A stretch of 64,000 nucleotides of DNA from Octopus bimaculoides. Its lineage: Eukaryota. The stretch lies in the NCBI RefSeq assembly GCF_001194135.2, contig NC_068981.1, forward strand, positions 40,895,342 to 40,959,341. The letters are read 5' to 3'. The translations under genes were made by a program, and so were the position numbers. Below are positions 51,401 through 63,744 of the stretch, piece after piece. Numbering within the stretch: position 1 is the first letter of the stretch; each line of letters starts with the position of its first letter. The notes under the pieces are model-generated. The model did no database searches. It saw nothing but the letters and a program-made list of their open reading frames with translations, and was not told the origin of the DNA.

Positions 51401-54400
51401 GGGTTGGGTATATCAGATACCAACAGATGTGATGCAATCACTTAATTACTCGAGTATTGAGATGAGAGGGAAGCAGTAAATGCTGATACAAAGGTGGGGA
51501 GAGAGAGAGACTCTGTGTGTGTGTGTGTGTGTGTGTAAGTATGTTTGATGGATGTCAATGAAAGCAGCTAAGTAATATTATCTGGTAAGGAAGTAAAGGA
51601 TATCAATAGAACACTAACCTAAAAGAGGAGGAGTGTTGGCTAGAAGTACTCGGGTAAAAGAAACGGATGTTCAGAAACCAACAGATCTTTGCTCAAATAA
51701 GCAAAAGATACCTGCTCAACACCATCATCCATTTCTCCTGATAAAAGAGTATTAACCCTGAAATATAGAAATATAAAGTAAAGTTTCTGCATTGCATTGG
51801 CTTTTGAACAATTTTCAATCTTCAAATGTCACACAATGCTTCACTTAAACTATACTATGCATGCATATATATATACTTATTTATATATATATATGTATAC
51901 ATACTTGTATGTTTGTTGTATATGAGTAGGTTAACATTTATTTATAATTCTGTATTGTAACACTTCAACTACTTATGTGCTTCTAATTTGAAGACTAAGT
52001 GAAAAATCAAGAAGTTTGTCCTTTGGGTTATTGAATATCAGAAAAAGTCAGGAAATGCTAATCACCTGTTTGTTGTGATGAAATCATATTTTACTTCTCC
52101 AGTAAAATATGGTGCAACCAAATTATGATATAATGTAGTTTATAATGAAAAGAAATCTGTGATGATGCAGCTGCTGGAATGCTGACCATGAAAGTTGATA
52201 CCACAAACATTAAAGTTCATCTTGATATGTCACAATTACTATAAACCGATATACACCATCATAAATTTCATCTGACCTGTTTTTTGTTTTTTTTTTCACC
52301 ATTTATATGACTATATTCACTAGTTGATGAAAATAAAGCTAGCTAGCTCATCTAGCACTTTAACTTACTTGCAATATATTTTTACTTTTACTGACCAAAT
52401 CAATCTAATTTTGTGTAATTTCAGCCTTCCATACATTGTATATATAATGTCATTCTAAAAATATACAAACACACCATTGAAATCTTGCAACTACAAGATA
52501 GAGTGTGATTAATTCAAAGCAAAGTGAATAAATATGCACTACATTTGACAAAGAAATCTGAATGCTAAAGGCTAAATTACAAATTTATTTTGTGCATCCT
52601 ATTCACTGATATGATCAAATATTGCAGGTGAAACATAGTTAATTAATAAAAATAGTTTCTGAGAATCAGTAGTGTCTATATTAGCTGTATCTGAAACATT
52701 GGAAAAAGTTCCAAACCAAAACAGCCATTCTTTAGTTACTACTATTAAGATTGCAAACAAGCCTTTCTGATCCTAAAAATCTCTCCATTAAAATTTTGAC
52801 TGACCTATGCAAGCATGGCAAAGTACCTTAAATGATGATGACGAAATTGTAATAAAGTAATTTATAGAAAATAAGCTCTTTTCAGAGCGATTGAAGTTTA
52901 ACCTCAAAGAGAGAAATTAATCTTAATATATAAAACAGATTATCACACTAAAAATTATTTTGGGTTTCACTTAATATTTTTAGTAATCACTGCATTTGTA
53001 AATTAAATTTCCTCTTTTACTTGTTTCTGTCATTAGACTGCAGCTATGCTGTGGAACTGCCTTGAAAGGGTTAGTTGAACAAATCACTACCCTACCTTCC
53101 ATACTTATTTAAGTCCGGTGCTTATTCTATCAACATCTTTTGCCTAACTGCCAAGTTGCAAGGGAATAAACAAATGCATGCACACACACACATGATGGGC
53201 TTCCAGTTTCCATCTGCCAAAGTCAGTCACAAGGCATTGGTCAGCCCAGGCCTATCTTTCGAGCGACATCGTTGCCAGTGCCCCTGGACTGGCTCATGTG
53301 CGGGCGACACATGAAAACATGAAATCTTTCGAGCGGGATCGCTGCCAGTGCCCCTGGACTGGCTCATGTGCGGGCGACACATGAAAACATGAAATCTTTC
53401 GAGCGGGATCGCTGCCAGTGCCCCTGGACTGGCTCATGTNNNNNNNNNNNNNNNNNNNNNNNNNNNNNNNNNNNNNNNNNNNNNNNNNNNNNNNNNNNNN
53501 NNNNNNNNNNNNNNNNNNNNNNNNNNNNNNNNNNNNNNNNNNNNNNNNNNNNNNNNNNNNNNNNNNNNNNNNNNNNNNNNNNNNNNNNNNNNNNNNNNNN
53601 NNNNNNNNNNNNNNNNNNNNNNNNNNNNNNNNNNNNNNNNNNNNNNNNNNNNNNNNNNNNNNNNNNNNNNNNNNNNNNNNNNNNNNNNNNNNNNNNNNNN
53701 NNNNNNNNNNNNNNNNNNNNNNNNNNNNNNNNNNNNNNNNNNNNNNNNNNNNNNNNNNNNNNNNNNNNNNNNNNNNNNNNNNNNNNNNNNNNNNNNNNNN
53801 NNNNNNNNNNNNNNNNNNNNNNNNNNNNNNNNNNNNNNNNNNNNNNNNNNNNNNNNNNNNNNNNNNNNNNNNNNNNNNNNNNNNNNNNNNNNNNNNNNNN
53901 NNNNNNNNNNNNNNNNNNNNNNNNNNNNNNNNNNNNNNNNNNNNNNNNNNNNNNNNNNNNNNNNNNNNNNNNNNNNNNNNNNNNNNNNNNNNNNNNNNNN
54001 NNNNNNNNNNNNNNNNNNNNNNNNNNNNNNNNNNNNNNNNNNNNNNNNNNNNNNNNNNNNNNNNNNNNNNNNNNNNNNNNNNNNNNNNNNNNNNNNNNNN
54101 NNNNNNNNNNNNNNNNNNNNNNNNNNNNNNNNNNNNNGTTAGTTGAACAAATCACTACCCTACCTTCCATACTTATTTAAGTCCGGTGCTTATTCTATCA
54201 ACATCTTTTGCCTAACTGCCAAGTTGCAAGGGAATAAACAAATGCATGCACACACACACATGATGGGCTTCCAGTTTCCATCTGCCAAAGTCAGTCACAA
54301 GGCATTGGTCAGCCCAGGCCTATCTTTCGAGCGACATCGTTGCCAGTGCCCCTGGACTGCCTCTTGTGCGGGTGGCACATAAAAGACACCATTTCGAGCG

Positions 54401-57400
54401 TGGCCGTTTTCATGCGGGTGACACGTAAAAGCACCCACTACACTCTCTGAGTGGTTGGCGTTAGGAAGGGCATCCAGCTGTAGAAACTCTGCCAAATTAG
54501 ATTGGAGCCTGGTGTTGCCATTCGGTTTCACCAGTCCTCAGTCAAATCGTCCAACCCATGCTAGCATGGAAGGCGGACGTTAAACGATGATGATGATGAT
54601 GATGATGACTTGTCCAAGTGGACCTGAACCTAAAACTATGTGGTTACAAAGCAAACTTCTTAACTACACAACCATTAAATTTACTTGATACATGAAACAG
54701 CTGTAAAGGTCTGTCATATTTGTTTAACAATCTTGCTGTGGACAGTAAAAGAAGGACTAATTGGACACTGCCATTTATAGTTTACTAGCAAAGATACCCG
54801 GCATTGCTCAGGATTAAAATGGCATAATTTGTATCCATTGTAGTTACGTTGAAACAGATGACACGGGAAAGTGCAGCATTGACAACTCATTTGTGGAGTA
54901 AATGGTGGGCTAAGTCAACTAAGCAACATGTCATGCATCTGTGTAGCACCCGAAAAATAGTAAAATGTAGTTGGCAAAAATGTTAATCAAACAGACCGAA
55001 TTAAGGATTTTTAATTTTGGGTAAGAGTTTTGAAGTGGCTAGTTTAAGTTGGAATAATTATATGAAAAAGAGCGCTCATGTGAAAACAGAGGTAAACTGT
55101 AACTCGCAAATGAATACTGCTGGCAGTACTGTGCAAGCAGTCATTAAGAACTTGCCACAGCTGACAAAGTAAAGTATTGATTTTTTCCAGCTGAGTTTGT
55201 GTCACGTTTTTTCGCTGGCTCAAGCCAAATCCTAGGCGAATTTCGAGGAAAAAATTATAAGAAAAAGCGTCCTAAGTCAAAGAGAGCACACGTGTCAAAT
55301 TTGGTGAAATTCGGTTGAAAATTGTAGGAGCAGAAGTGGTTCACACAACACCCACACAGACAGGCAACTTGCCTTTTAATATGTAAGATAGATTCACTTC
55401 CATCAGTAATAGGATACGGTACATTATAAAACTTCTGTTATTTATAATTACGGTTGTTAGTCTTATAACTAAACCTGGTGGATTGGTTTGAATATTAGAC
55501 ACAATTTTGACTGTTTAGTTCTGTTACATAAAATACTGACATACTAGCAGTCTTTATATCTCATTTATGGAATTAATTTGTGAATGCAGTGATGATTAAA
55601 ATCTTTAGATACAACCCAAAGTAATCTTTGATGTGAGAAATAAACACTGCTGGCATGTCAGTAATTTATGTAACACACACACACACACACATCAATGGAA
55701 ATATAAAATAATAACACAGATTAATATAGAATGTAACGTCTATTCATTTCATGACAATATTAAATCTTTTAAATCATTTGAAACTCTCTCAGTGTCATTT
55801 ATTACACATCAAAACTAGGACACAACCTATAATTTCTATGAACATAGTTTTCACCTTTTGTACATTGTGATACATCATCATCATCATCATTGTTTTAACT
55901 TTCCATGCTGGCATGGCTTGGATGGTTTGACTGGGGACTGGCAAGCCAGGAGACTGCACCAGGCTCCAATCAGATCTGGCAGTGTTTCTACAGCTGGATG
56001 CCCTTCCTAACGCCAANNNNNNNNNNCCAGGCTCCAATCAGATCTGGCAGTGTTTCTACAGCTGGATGTCCTTCCTAACGCCAACCACTCTGAGAGTGTA
56101 GTGGGTGCTTTTTACGTACCACCGGTACAGGAGCCAGTCATGCGGCAGTGGTATCGGCCACATTCAGATGGTGTTTTTTTACGTGCTACGGGCACAGGAG
56201 CCAATCGGGGTGGGAGAGCTGGCATTGACCACGTTCGGATGGTGCTTTTTACATGTCACCAACACGAGGAGCCAGTCAGGCAGCACTGGCATCGGCAACA
56301 ACTACAATTTCCATTTGTTATTTGATTTGAATTTTGATTTTACTTGACTCAATAGGTCTCCTCAAGCACAGAATGTTGCCCAACAATTCCAAGGTACTTT
56401 TTAAATGGGCTGGTCATGCGACACCAGTGTAGGCTATGGCTGTGATCTCACTTTACTTGCTGGGTCTTCGCAGTCACAGCATTTCTCCAGAGGTCTCGGT
56501 CTTTTGTCATTGCCTCTGTGAGGCCCAACATTTGAAGGTCATGCTTCACCACCTCATCCCATATCTTCCTGGGTCTCCCTCTAACATGGGTTCCTTCCAC
56601 TGTTAAGGAGTGACACTTCTTCACACAGCTCTCCTCATCCATACGCAGCACATGACCATGCCAGCGCAGTCGTCTCTCTTGCACACCACATCCAATGCTT
56701 CTTGTGTCCAACATTTCTCTCAGGGCGCTTACACTCTGTAGTGTGTGCACACTGACATTACACATCCAGCAGATCATACTAGCTTCATTTCTTTCAAGCC
56801 TACGCATGTCTTCAGCAGTCATGGCCCATGTTTCACTGCTGTGTAGCATGGCATTTCACACACATGCATCATACAATCTACCTTTCACTCTGAGCGAGAG
56901 GTCCTTTTTCACCAGTAGAGGTAGAAACTTTCTGAACTTTACCCAGGCTACTCTTATTCTAGTGATAACACTCTCTGAGCATCCACCCCCACTACAGACT
57001 TGGTCATCTAGGTAGCGGAAGCTGTCAACTACTTCTAGTTTCTCCCCCTGGCATATGATGAAATCAGTTTTCTGAGCATCTGTGGTGTTTATTGCCACTG
57101 TGCATCTGCAGCACACACAAGCTATCTTCCCGGTTAACCTTCCTTTGATGTTGCTGCACCTCTTATGCATCCATAGCTTACACTGGATACATCTTATGGA
57201 GTTTCTACCCACGTCTTTTCTACAGATCGAGCAGGGCCATCTACATGAAGGGATATGTGATGTGTTTGCCTTCTACTTACTAGGACTTTGGTTTTTACAA
57301 CATTGACTCTAAGGCCCTTCGATTCTGAAATTTCTTAGCAAAGTCATCAGCATAGAGGGGCTCCCAGGGGAAACCTGTCTTGAATTCCTCTTTTATTGCC

Positions 57401-60400
57401 TGGAGGACTATGATGAATAAGAGGGGGCTTAGGGCTGATCCTTGGTGAACCCCTACTTCTACCCAGAATTCTTCACTATGCTCATTGCCGACCCTTACCT
57501 TACTAATGGCATCCTTGTACAGGGTCTGTACAGCTCTTATTAACCACTCGTCAATCCCCAGTTTTCACATCGCCCACCAGATAAGGGATCGGGGGACCCT
57601 GCCATACCAGGAATATAGCATCAGTGGTGCTTCTACCTAGCACAAAACCGAACTGCATCTCATCTAGGCTAACTCTCTCCCTAATTAGTTGGGCTATGAC
57701 CCTCGCTGTAACCTTCATGACCTGATCCAGCAGTTTGATACCTCTGTAGTTATTTCTGTCCAAAGCATCACCTTTACCTTTATAGCAGTTGACTATGGTG
57801 CTGCTGCGCTAGTCATTGGGTATGACTCCTTCATGAACTACCTGGTTTACAATACGGGTGACTAGGCCATAACCCATACCACCAGATATTTTAAGCATCT
57901 CGGCAGTGATTCCTGATGGGCTGGGGGGGGGGCTTTACCTGACCTCATATCCTTAATTGCTTTATCTACATCACAATTTTTTCTCACATACTGTCTTGCA
58001 ATCTGAAACACTTCAGTTCTTTGGTCCTCATATCGCTGAACATTGGCAAACTTCTTTTTTTCTGCTTCTCCCTTGGCTATGTATACCTGTCGCCCAGCCT
58101 CCCTTCTGGCTATCTGATACAGTTCCCTGCTACCCTCACTCTTCCAGGGTTTTTTTTGCTCCAATGGCCTTGTCTACTGTATTATTCCACCACCACATTA
58201 CTCTAAGCCTGGAAGGGACTTTGCACCAGCTGCAGATTTGGTCTGTGACGCTCAGTAAGCTGTCCTGTAGGAATTTCCAGTTACCCTCTATGTCCGAAGT
58301 CTGTAGCTCCTCTTCCCTCTCATCAAATTTCTCAATGAGCATGTCCCTAAATCTCTGACCATGTGAAGGGTTCTTTAGCTTCCAAATCCTTCTTTTTTGG
58401 ATTGGTCTGTTTCTTGGCACCCTTCTGGCCTCGAGTCTAAAGTCACTAATAACTAGTCTATGCTGGGGGATACATTCTTCACCAGCGAGGGTCTTTGTAT
58501 TTAAGAGCAACCTTGCATCCCGCTATCTGGTGAGGATGAAATCAATCTGGTTAGCAGAGTCACCTGATTGATAGGTTATCAGGTGGCTGTCTGACTTCCT
58601 GAAGTTAATGTTGCAGATTAATAGGTTCCATGCATCACAGAACTCCAGTGGCCTAGTTCCCTCTTTGTTTCTGGAACCAACTCCATGGCCCCCATGAACA
58701 CCATGGAAGATACTAGATTGCTGTCTGACATGCCCATTAAAATCTCCAGCCACAAAGATGAGGTCATTGTCACTCGCGTTTGAGGTAGCCTGTAGAAGGG
58801 TATCATAAAAGTGACCCTTCTGATCATTTGGTAGGCCCGCTTGTGGGACGTAGGCAGAGATAATTGTAGCTATACTATTCTGCAGGACTAGCCTGAGCTT
58901 AAGCACTCTATTGCATACTCTGACTACCTCTATGACCTTATCCACCCATTTCTCCACAAGGAGTATGCCTACACCCCTACTCCATCTATGTTACCTTCCC
59001 AGAAGATTTTATACCTATGTGCTTTGCCTGTGAGGACCCTGGCTGAAGCTCCTCTCCACCTTACCTCTTGTTTGCAGCATACATCAACACGTCTCCGTTT
59101 AAGCATCTCTACAATTTCACTAGATCTACCTTTCAGTGTGTCTACATTGACAGTGCCAACTCTTAGAAACTGGGAAAGGAATGTGGGGGAAGAAATGAGG
59201 AGGGGAGATGTTATTCAGTGTCTGAATAACATGTCTATCGTTTGATAGACATGCTACACCTGTTCTTACTTTCGACCTGTCATCATTCAAACATTCAAGC
59301 GTGTTCAGTAGTCACAAAATCTATGTAACTAGACACAAGAAATTTTGCATAGTACTTCAAAGCCTATTTCATTCTACTCAACCTTAAACTCTGAAAACTG
59401 GAATTATTGGTATTTTGTACAATTTACCTTCAATAATTAAGATACATGTTTTAGAAAATATTTCTATATTAGAATGCTTCCAATAAGTGGTCAAATCAAG
59501 TGATAAGTCAAAGTTTAGATAATTGATAAACCACTTAAGATAGTAATATATCTGATTATTGGCTAATAAGAAAATCTAACCATTGTTAAGCTAAACATTA
59601 TTAGAAACCTAGGTTTAACATTATCCAGATATTCTGGAAAACAGCAAGAAAATATCTTTACTATATTAAAGTACTAATTCCAATAGAAGCTGTATATAGG
59701 TATGTCAGATTGGTATCACATCTTAAGACAGTATTAAATAGTGTGCAAATGTGTAAAGATAAAAAAGAGAAAATATTCCTTCATCATCATCCAGTCATGC
59801 TGATTGTATGGATTCCTGTGACTCTCTGTCATCATCCAATTCTATTATTCATGAATGTCCTCAATCACTCTACTATCAACTTGAATTGTTGGTCCCTCTA
59901 TGCGATCGGCATGAAGTAGTCACTCTTCATCCCATGCATTCTTTCCATTCAACAGCTTCTCATAATATCACTTCCAAACCATCTTATCTTCTGTACCAAT
60001 GGTCTTAATGATTATGAATACCTATGACATCCCAGTTCTCTCTAACACATTGTCTTGCAATCCTGAACACTTCTTGCTTCTGATCCTCACATTGCAGGAT
60101 GTGTATGAATCTCTTCCTTTCTGTTTCACCCTTAGTCAAGTATACCTGTTGCCTCACTGCTCTTTTAGCAATTTGGTAATACTCCCTCCAACTAGCTTCC
60201 TTGTTCTGTGATTTAATTTGAAAACACAGTCTGGTAATAAATGAAGTTATTAAAATTGTTTTCTTAATGCTTTTCTTTATCATTTTTGTTTTGATAATAG
60301 ATTATATATTTCTTTTCTTCAGTTGGAAGCCAAATCCCAGAAGCAGCTTCTGTAAAACCCATTTATGGTATTTTAGGTATCATCAGATTGGTAGCAGGTA

Positions 60401-63133
60401 AGTTAAAAATTTTTTACCTTACAAATTAGATTAAAGTGTGAAGGTTTTGGAGCTCACTGCAAGCAAGTTATAAGTCTGGTATAATATTCTTTGCTCATTC
60501 TCTAGCATCAGAAAAAAATTATTGTACTTTTAGTTACAAGTCTTTTACAAAACTTTCACAGACAGTAACTAGTGCATTTGGTAGTTTTGTTGAATGTGGA
60601 GAGAAACTAGTCAACATCTTTTTTGTATGCAAGCCATACTGTTATAAGTTTTCTATGGTGTTTTTAGACATAAGATAGTACAGCTTTATTAATTAAAAGT
60701 TGTCCAGTATACATGCACACTGTCTTTTTACCACCTACTGCTTATCTGTTCTTATCTTGTTGGATTCACAGCAGTTTTGGAAGCCTTACTTTAAACATCT
60801 TATACCTCGTGTTTAAGCAAGCAATTTGTCTGTGCCATGGTAAGTTAATTTGGTATGTATTAGCATAGTTCTTTTAAAGATACATGTGTGTGACCTTCTG
60901 TACACTATCAATGTTTTATACCGGTATCCAAGTATTAATTCTTTTCTTGATACCTTGATACTATGCAACTTTACAACAACTTTAGTGAGTTTTGAAGTCA
61001 GTAATATATGCTTTATTATCTGTGGTACAGTATTCTTTCCTGATACATTATGGTTGAAATTCTTGTGTTCATTCCAAATCCGAAACCAAATTGATTAAAA
61101 ATTTTCATGAGAATGAGCTCTTTCTACAGAGATGGTCTTTTCTTTCATCTTCCATTATTCAGATTGTGGGTTAGAGCCAACTTGTGACTAATGAGAGTTT
61201 GAATTTGTTGTCAGTTTTGGTAATTTTTAATTTTATACACATTGGACTTCAGAACATTATTGTTGATTCTGTCTTCAGGACCTTATCTCATTGTGATATC
61301 CCAAAAAAGTAAAGTTGGTGAAATTAATGGACATTCAATATGGAAGATTACAGACACAGAGATTTATTCTTACAAACGAACTATGCTTCACCTCACAGAA
61401 AAACAGGTTTGTATTAAGAAATTTCCTATGGAAGGTTTCAAGAATATTTTTAGTTTTTAAAATATATATTTTGTTCATTAATCAATGTTTCATAGTCAGT
61501 GTATCATCACCTCACTAATATGGCCACATATTTCATATTACAAATTGGGCTGTATCATGGTCTTGTTGCACTCTTCTTTCACTGGACAGGCAAAATTTTT
61601 TGATCACAACCCACAGAAGGACAGTATTTAATTTCATCAACCAATGAGCAATTAGCATTTCTTTACTTCCCTAGCTTTCCTAATGAGTGGCACCAAGTTC
61701 AGCACTTTTTAGTTCGTCTTTAAATAAAAGACGCATATTTAGTTGTATTATAACAACATACATAGAAAGCAGATGTGAAATAATTATGATGGTAGGGGTG
61801 GCTGGAGGCAATGCAACTTCCACCACCATCATCAAGCCTGATGCATTTTCAGACCAAGAGTTAATGGCTTGTGTCCAATCTTAATAACTCAAATCTTCTG
61901 ACAATGAGAGTAGAACAACCTGGAAAGGAGAGCAGGTTTTGACAACTGGGTTCATCATTTTCTTCTCTATCTCCTAGCCTCACAATGTTTTGGAGCACCA
62001 AAACTGTATCATAAACACAGTCTGCTAGAATTTATTCTATGGTGATTCAGACAATGGCTCAATGATTTTAAACACCTACTTTAAACAAGTATTGTAATGA
62101 ATGGATAAAATTCATAAACATTTAATATTGTTTTAACATTTTTCAAATAATTTTTTTTGTAAGACCTGCCTACAGTACTTGTTAATATTTTTTTGTCTCA
62201 CTTATTGCCAAAAGTAATGGTTTAGCAGAATCCTTCATGTTAGGCACAATCCCTTGTGGTATTTAGTTACAGCTCTACATTATGTGGTAAAGTTCGCTTT
62301 TCATTCTTCTGGTGGTAGGGGGAAGTTCAATAAAAAATAAAATATAAGCCAAGTACTGAAGTCAATTTAATTGATTATACTCTCCCTCAAAACTTCAGGC
62401 TTTCTGTGAATGTTAAAAAAAAAATTAGTATTATTTTATATCATACATAAAAGATCAAAGTTAGTTGTTTAATTCAAATTTTGAGTTCGAATGGTAGGAT
62501 AATTCTCATATGAATGTTTTTTTTTTCATCTGATTCCATATTACACATCATCATTATTTAATGTTCATGCTCCATACTGGCATGGATTGGACTGTTTGAC
62601 AGGATCTGATGTGACCAAGGATTGCATCATGCTCCAATGTCTGCTTTGGCATGGTTTCTAAGGTTTGATGCTCTTCCTTGCATCAACCAATCTACAGCAG
62701 GGACTTGGTGCCTTTTTCATGCCACCTGCATTAGAGGAGATGACATGGTTGGATGGTCTAGGATCCAGCGGGGAAGGTGAGCATAATACATGAGAGGTTG
62801 GGGGAATCATTTGTAATATGGGTGCAGAGTATGAATCATAGCATTTCTAAAAGTCAGTTTTGCTGAAGAGAACAAGTCTTTTCAAGAAGCTCATATCACT
62901 AGAGATTCCTGTTTTTAATCATCTTATCTCTTATATCATGTGTAGAGTAATAGTTCTCCAATATTGTTTTATTTAATTTTCAGATCACCGACAACAGAGT
63001 CTATTTAACGATGGTTGAAAGTTTCCTTAAAACAGATGGTTTTTACTTTTCTTCGACTTTTGATTTAAGCCATTCCCTACAGCGGTTAGCAAACACTAGC
63101 CCAGATTTTATGAACATTCCGCTTTTTGATAGG
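39257..63133 (+). CDS. SACM1L: Phosphatidylinositol-4-phosphate phosphatase SAC1, exons 1-5; the gene continues beyond the window
   Basis: Spliced translation MAVHESLRL-HITSEKFIIEAKD...IDRVTQEINLQ-VGSQIP...[65 protein letters not shown]...DGFYFSSTFDLSHSLQRLANTSPDF. This matches the SAC1 N-terminal domain, and phases are consistent. Confidence 0.95.
42458..43347 (+). mobile_element. Internally deleted mariner transposon (about 890 bp)
   Basis: TA-flanked 30-bp TIRs with core ATCAAAAAGTTCCCAGACTAG. Remnants KFCAKLGKSATETLSML, FKSGRTSLED..SGRPATS and SPYLPDLAPADF. Confidence 0.9.
43642..44960 (+). mobile_element. 5'-truncated, internally deleted RTE LINE (RT domain, C-terminus, 3' UTR)
   Basis: [43 protein letters not shown]; stop at 44553-44555; about 400-nt 3' UTR ending in (GAC/GAT)n. 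Confidence 0.93.
46285..46660 (+). mobile_element. tRNA-derived SINE, near full length
   Basis: Head gactgtgtggttaagaagtttgc...ggttccatcc, core gagcaagtatcttttactatagcc, (GT)n tract, and tail catggccacag...aaacaagtaaaag. Confidence 0.8.
46816..46913 (+). CDS. SACM1L: SAC1 exon 2 (HITSEKFIIEAKDSVTNELLVIDRVTQEINLQ)
   Basis: tttctAG acceptor, G|GTGAGT donor, 98 bp. Confidence 0.93.
47650..47985 (+). mobile_element. Older RTE 3'-tail fragment
   Basis: Diverged match to the tail family (gtggttggtgttaggaaggg...ttaaatgatgatgatg). Similar older copies lie near 9320-9480, 35960-36220, 37480-37650, 48900-49110, 50570-50880 and 62545-62740. Confidence 0.7.
48223..48448. repeat. Long inverted repeat (arms of about 110 bp, 35-bp perfect inner stem)
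   Basis: TAGTTCTCCAAGAATACAGATATTTGATTATGCAA-ctgt-TTGCATAATCAAATATCTGTATTCTTGGAGAACTA, extended outwards by further matching blocks. (TA)n runs lie at 48054-48094 and 48448-48482. Confidence 0.93.
53255..54608 (+). mobile_element. RTE 3'-tail fragment with 70-bp tandem units across a gap, inserted into a tRNA-SINE
   Basis: Units start at 53255, 53325 and 53395. The host SINE (minus strand) resumes at cttgtccaag near 54608. Confidence 0.85.
54785..55392 (-). mobile_element. Non-autonomous Helitron
   Basis: On the minus strand it starts A|TCTATCTT and ends GCTAG|T, i.e. TC...CTAG inserted between A and T. A subterminal GC-rich imperfect hairpin (cctgagcaatgccggg) lies about 10 nt from the 3' end. 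Confidence 0.8.
55873..59200 (-). mobile_element. Near full-length, disrupted RTE LINE (APE endonuclease, RT, 3' UTR)
   Basis: LRVGTVNVDTL...EVRWRG, SAYVPQAG, AGDFNGHV, NQIDFILTR, QHRLVISD (APE domain); NYRGIKLL, GRSTTDAIF, GVHQG, YADD (RT domain); RGRPRKIWDEVVK; (ATG)n tail. Contains frameshifts and internal deletions. Confidence 0.95.
59890..60230 (-). mobile_element. Older degenerate RTE ORF fragment
   Basis: YYQIAKRAVRQQVYLTKGETERKRF...VFRIARQCVREN aligns with LYQIARREAGRQVYIAKGEAEKKKF...VFQIARQYVRKN at 57980-58130. Confidence 0.75.
60323..60397 (+). CDS. SACM1L: SAC1 exon 3 ([25 protein letters not shown])
   Basis: cttcAG acceptor, G|GTAAGT donor, 75 bp. Confidence 0.93.
61279..61406 (+). 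CDS. SACM1L: SAC1 exon 4 ([10 protein letters not shown]...LHLTEKQ)
   Basis: cttcAG acceptor, CAG|GTTTGT donor, 128 bp. Confidence 0.95.
62984..63133 (+). CDS. SACM1L: SAC1 exon 5 ([23 protein letters not shown]...LFDR)
   Basis: ttttcAG acceptor, AGG|GTAAGC donor, 150 bp. Confidence 0.95.
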
Positions 63134-63744
63134 GTAAGCAGTTTTAATAAATTCTTTTAACCAAAACAGCTTTCTTTTTATATTACAGAGTCCATGGAAG
63201 AAATGTAAAACCTAAGTCAGTATAGTTGATAATTTTTTAAGTTTATGTAGATTGATGCTTGTATTTAAAATGTGGGCAGGAAGGGAATTCCAATAAAAGT
63301 AAGTTATAAGAAGAAAAGAACATGTTTAGTATGGGCTTTGAAGAATGAGACATGGTGCAGATTAGGAGAGGAGTGTGCATTTGGTCATCTGGTTCAAGCT
63401 AGTAAAATGTACACTTATTTAGAGAAGCGGGAATTGTTGTAACATTAGAAGATACAGGAAGAGAACACTCCACATAAGAAGTTGTCGTGTGTATGGGTGA
63501 TAGTTTACTAATCAATCAGATGGCCATTTTAAGATACAATCTAAAATATTTTTGTGTGCAACAGCTGCTCTGTTTCAGAAATACAAGTAGTACTTTACTA
63601 TATAATATATGAGAGTGGAGTCTTTACTTCGTTGGTGAATAGTTTATTGTGAACCTACTTATTTAGGCCTTGTTATAAAGTATTTAAATGCTTTCATTTA
63701 TGTAGCAGATGTTTTAGCATGTTTTAACTGCCAGCATTGTAACA

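Noticed and set aside
52159-52185. C/D box snoRNA-like GTGATGA...CTGA
   Set aside because: The boxes are only about 16 nt apart, with no terminal stem and no recognisable rRNA antisense element.
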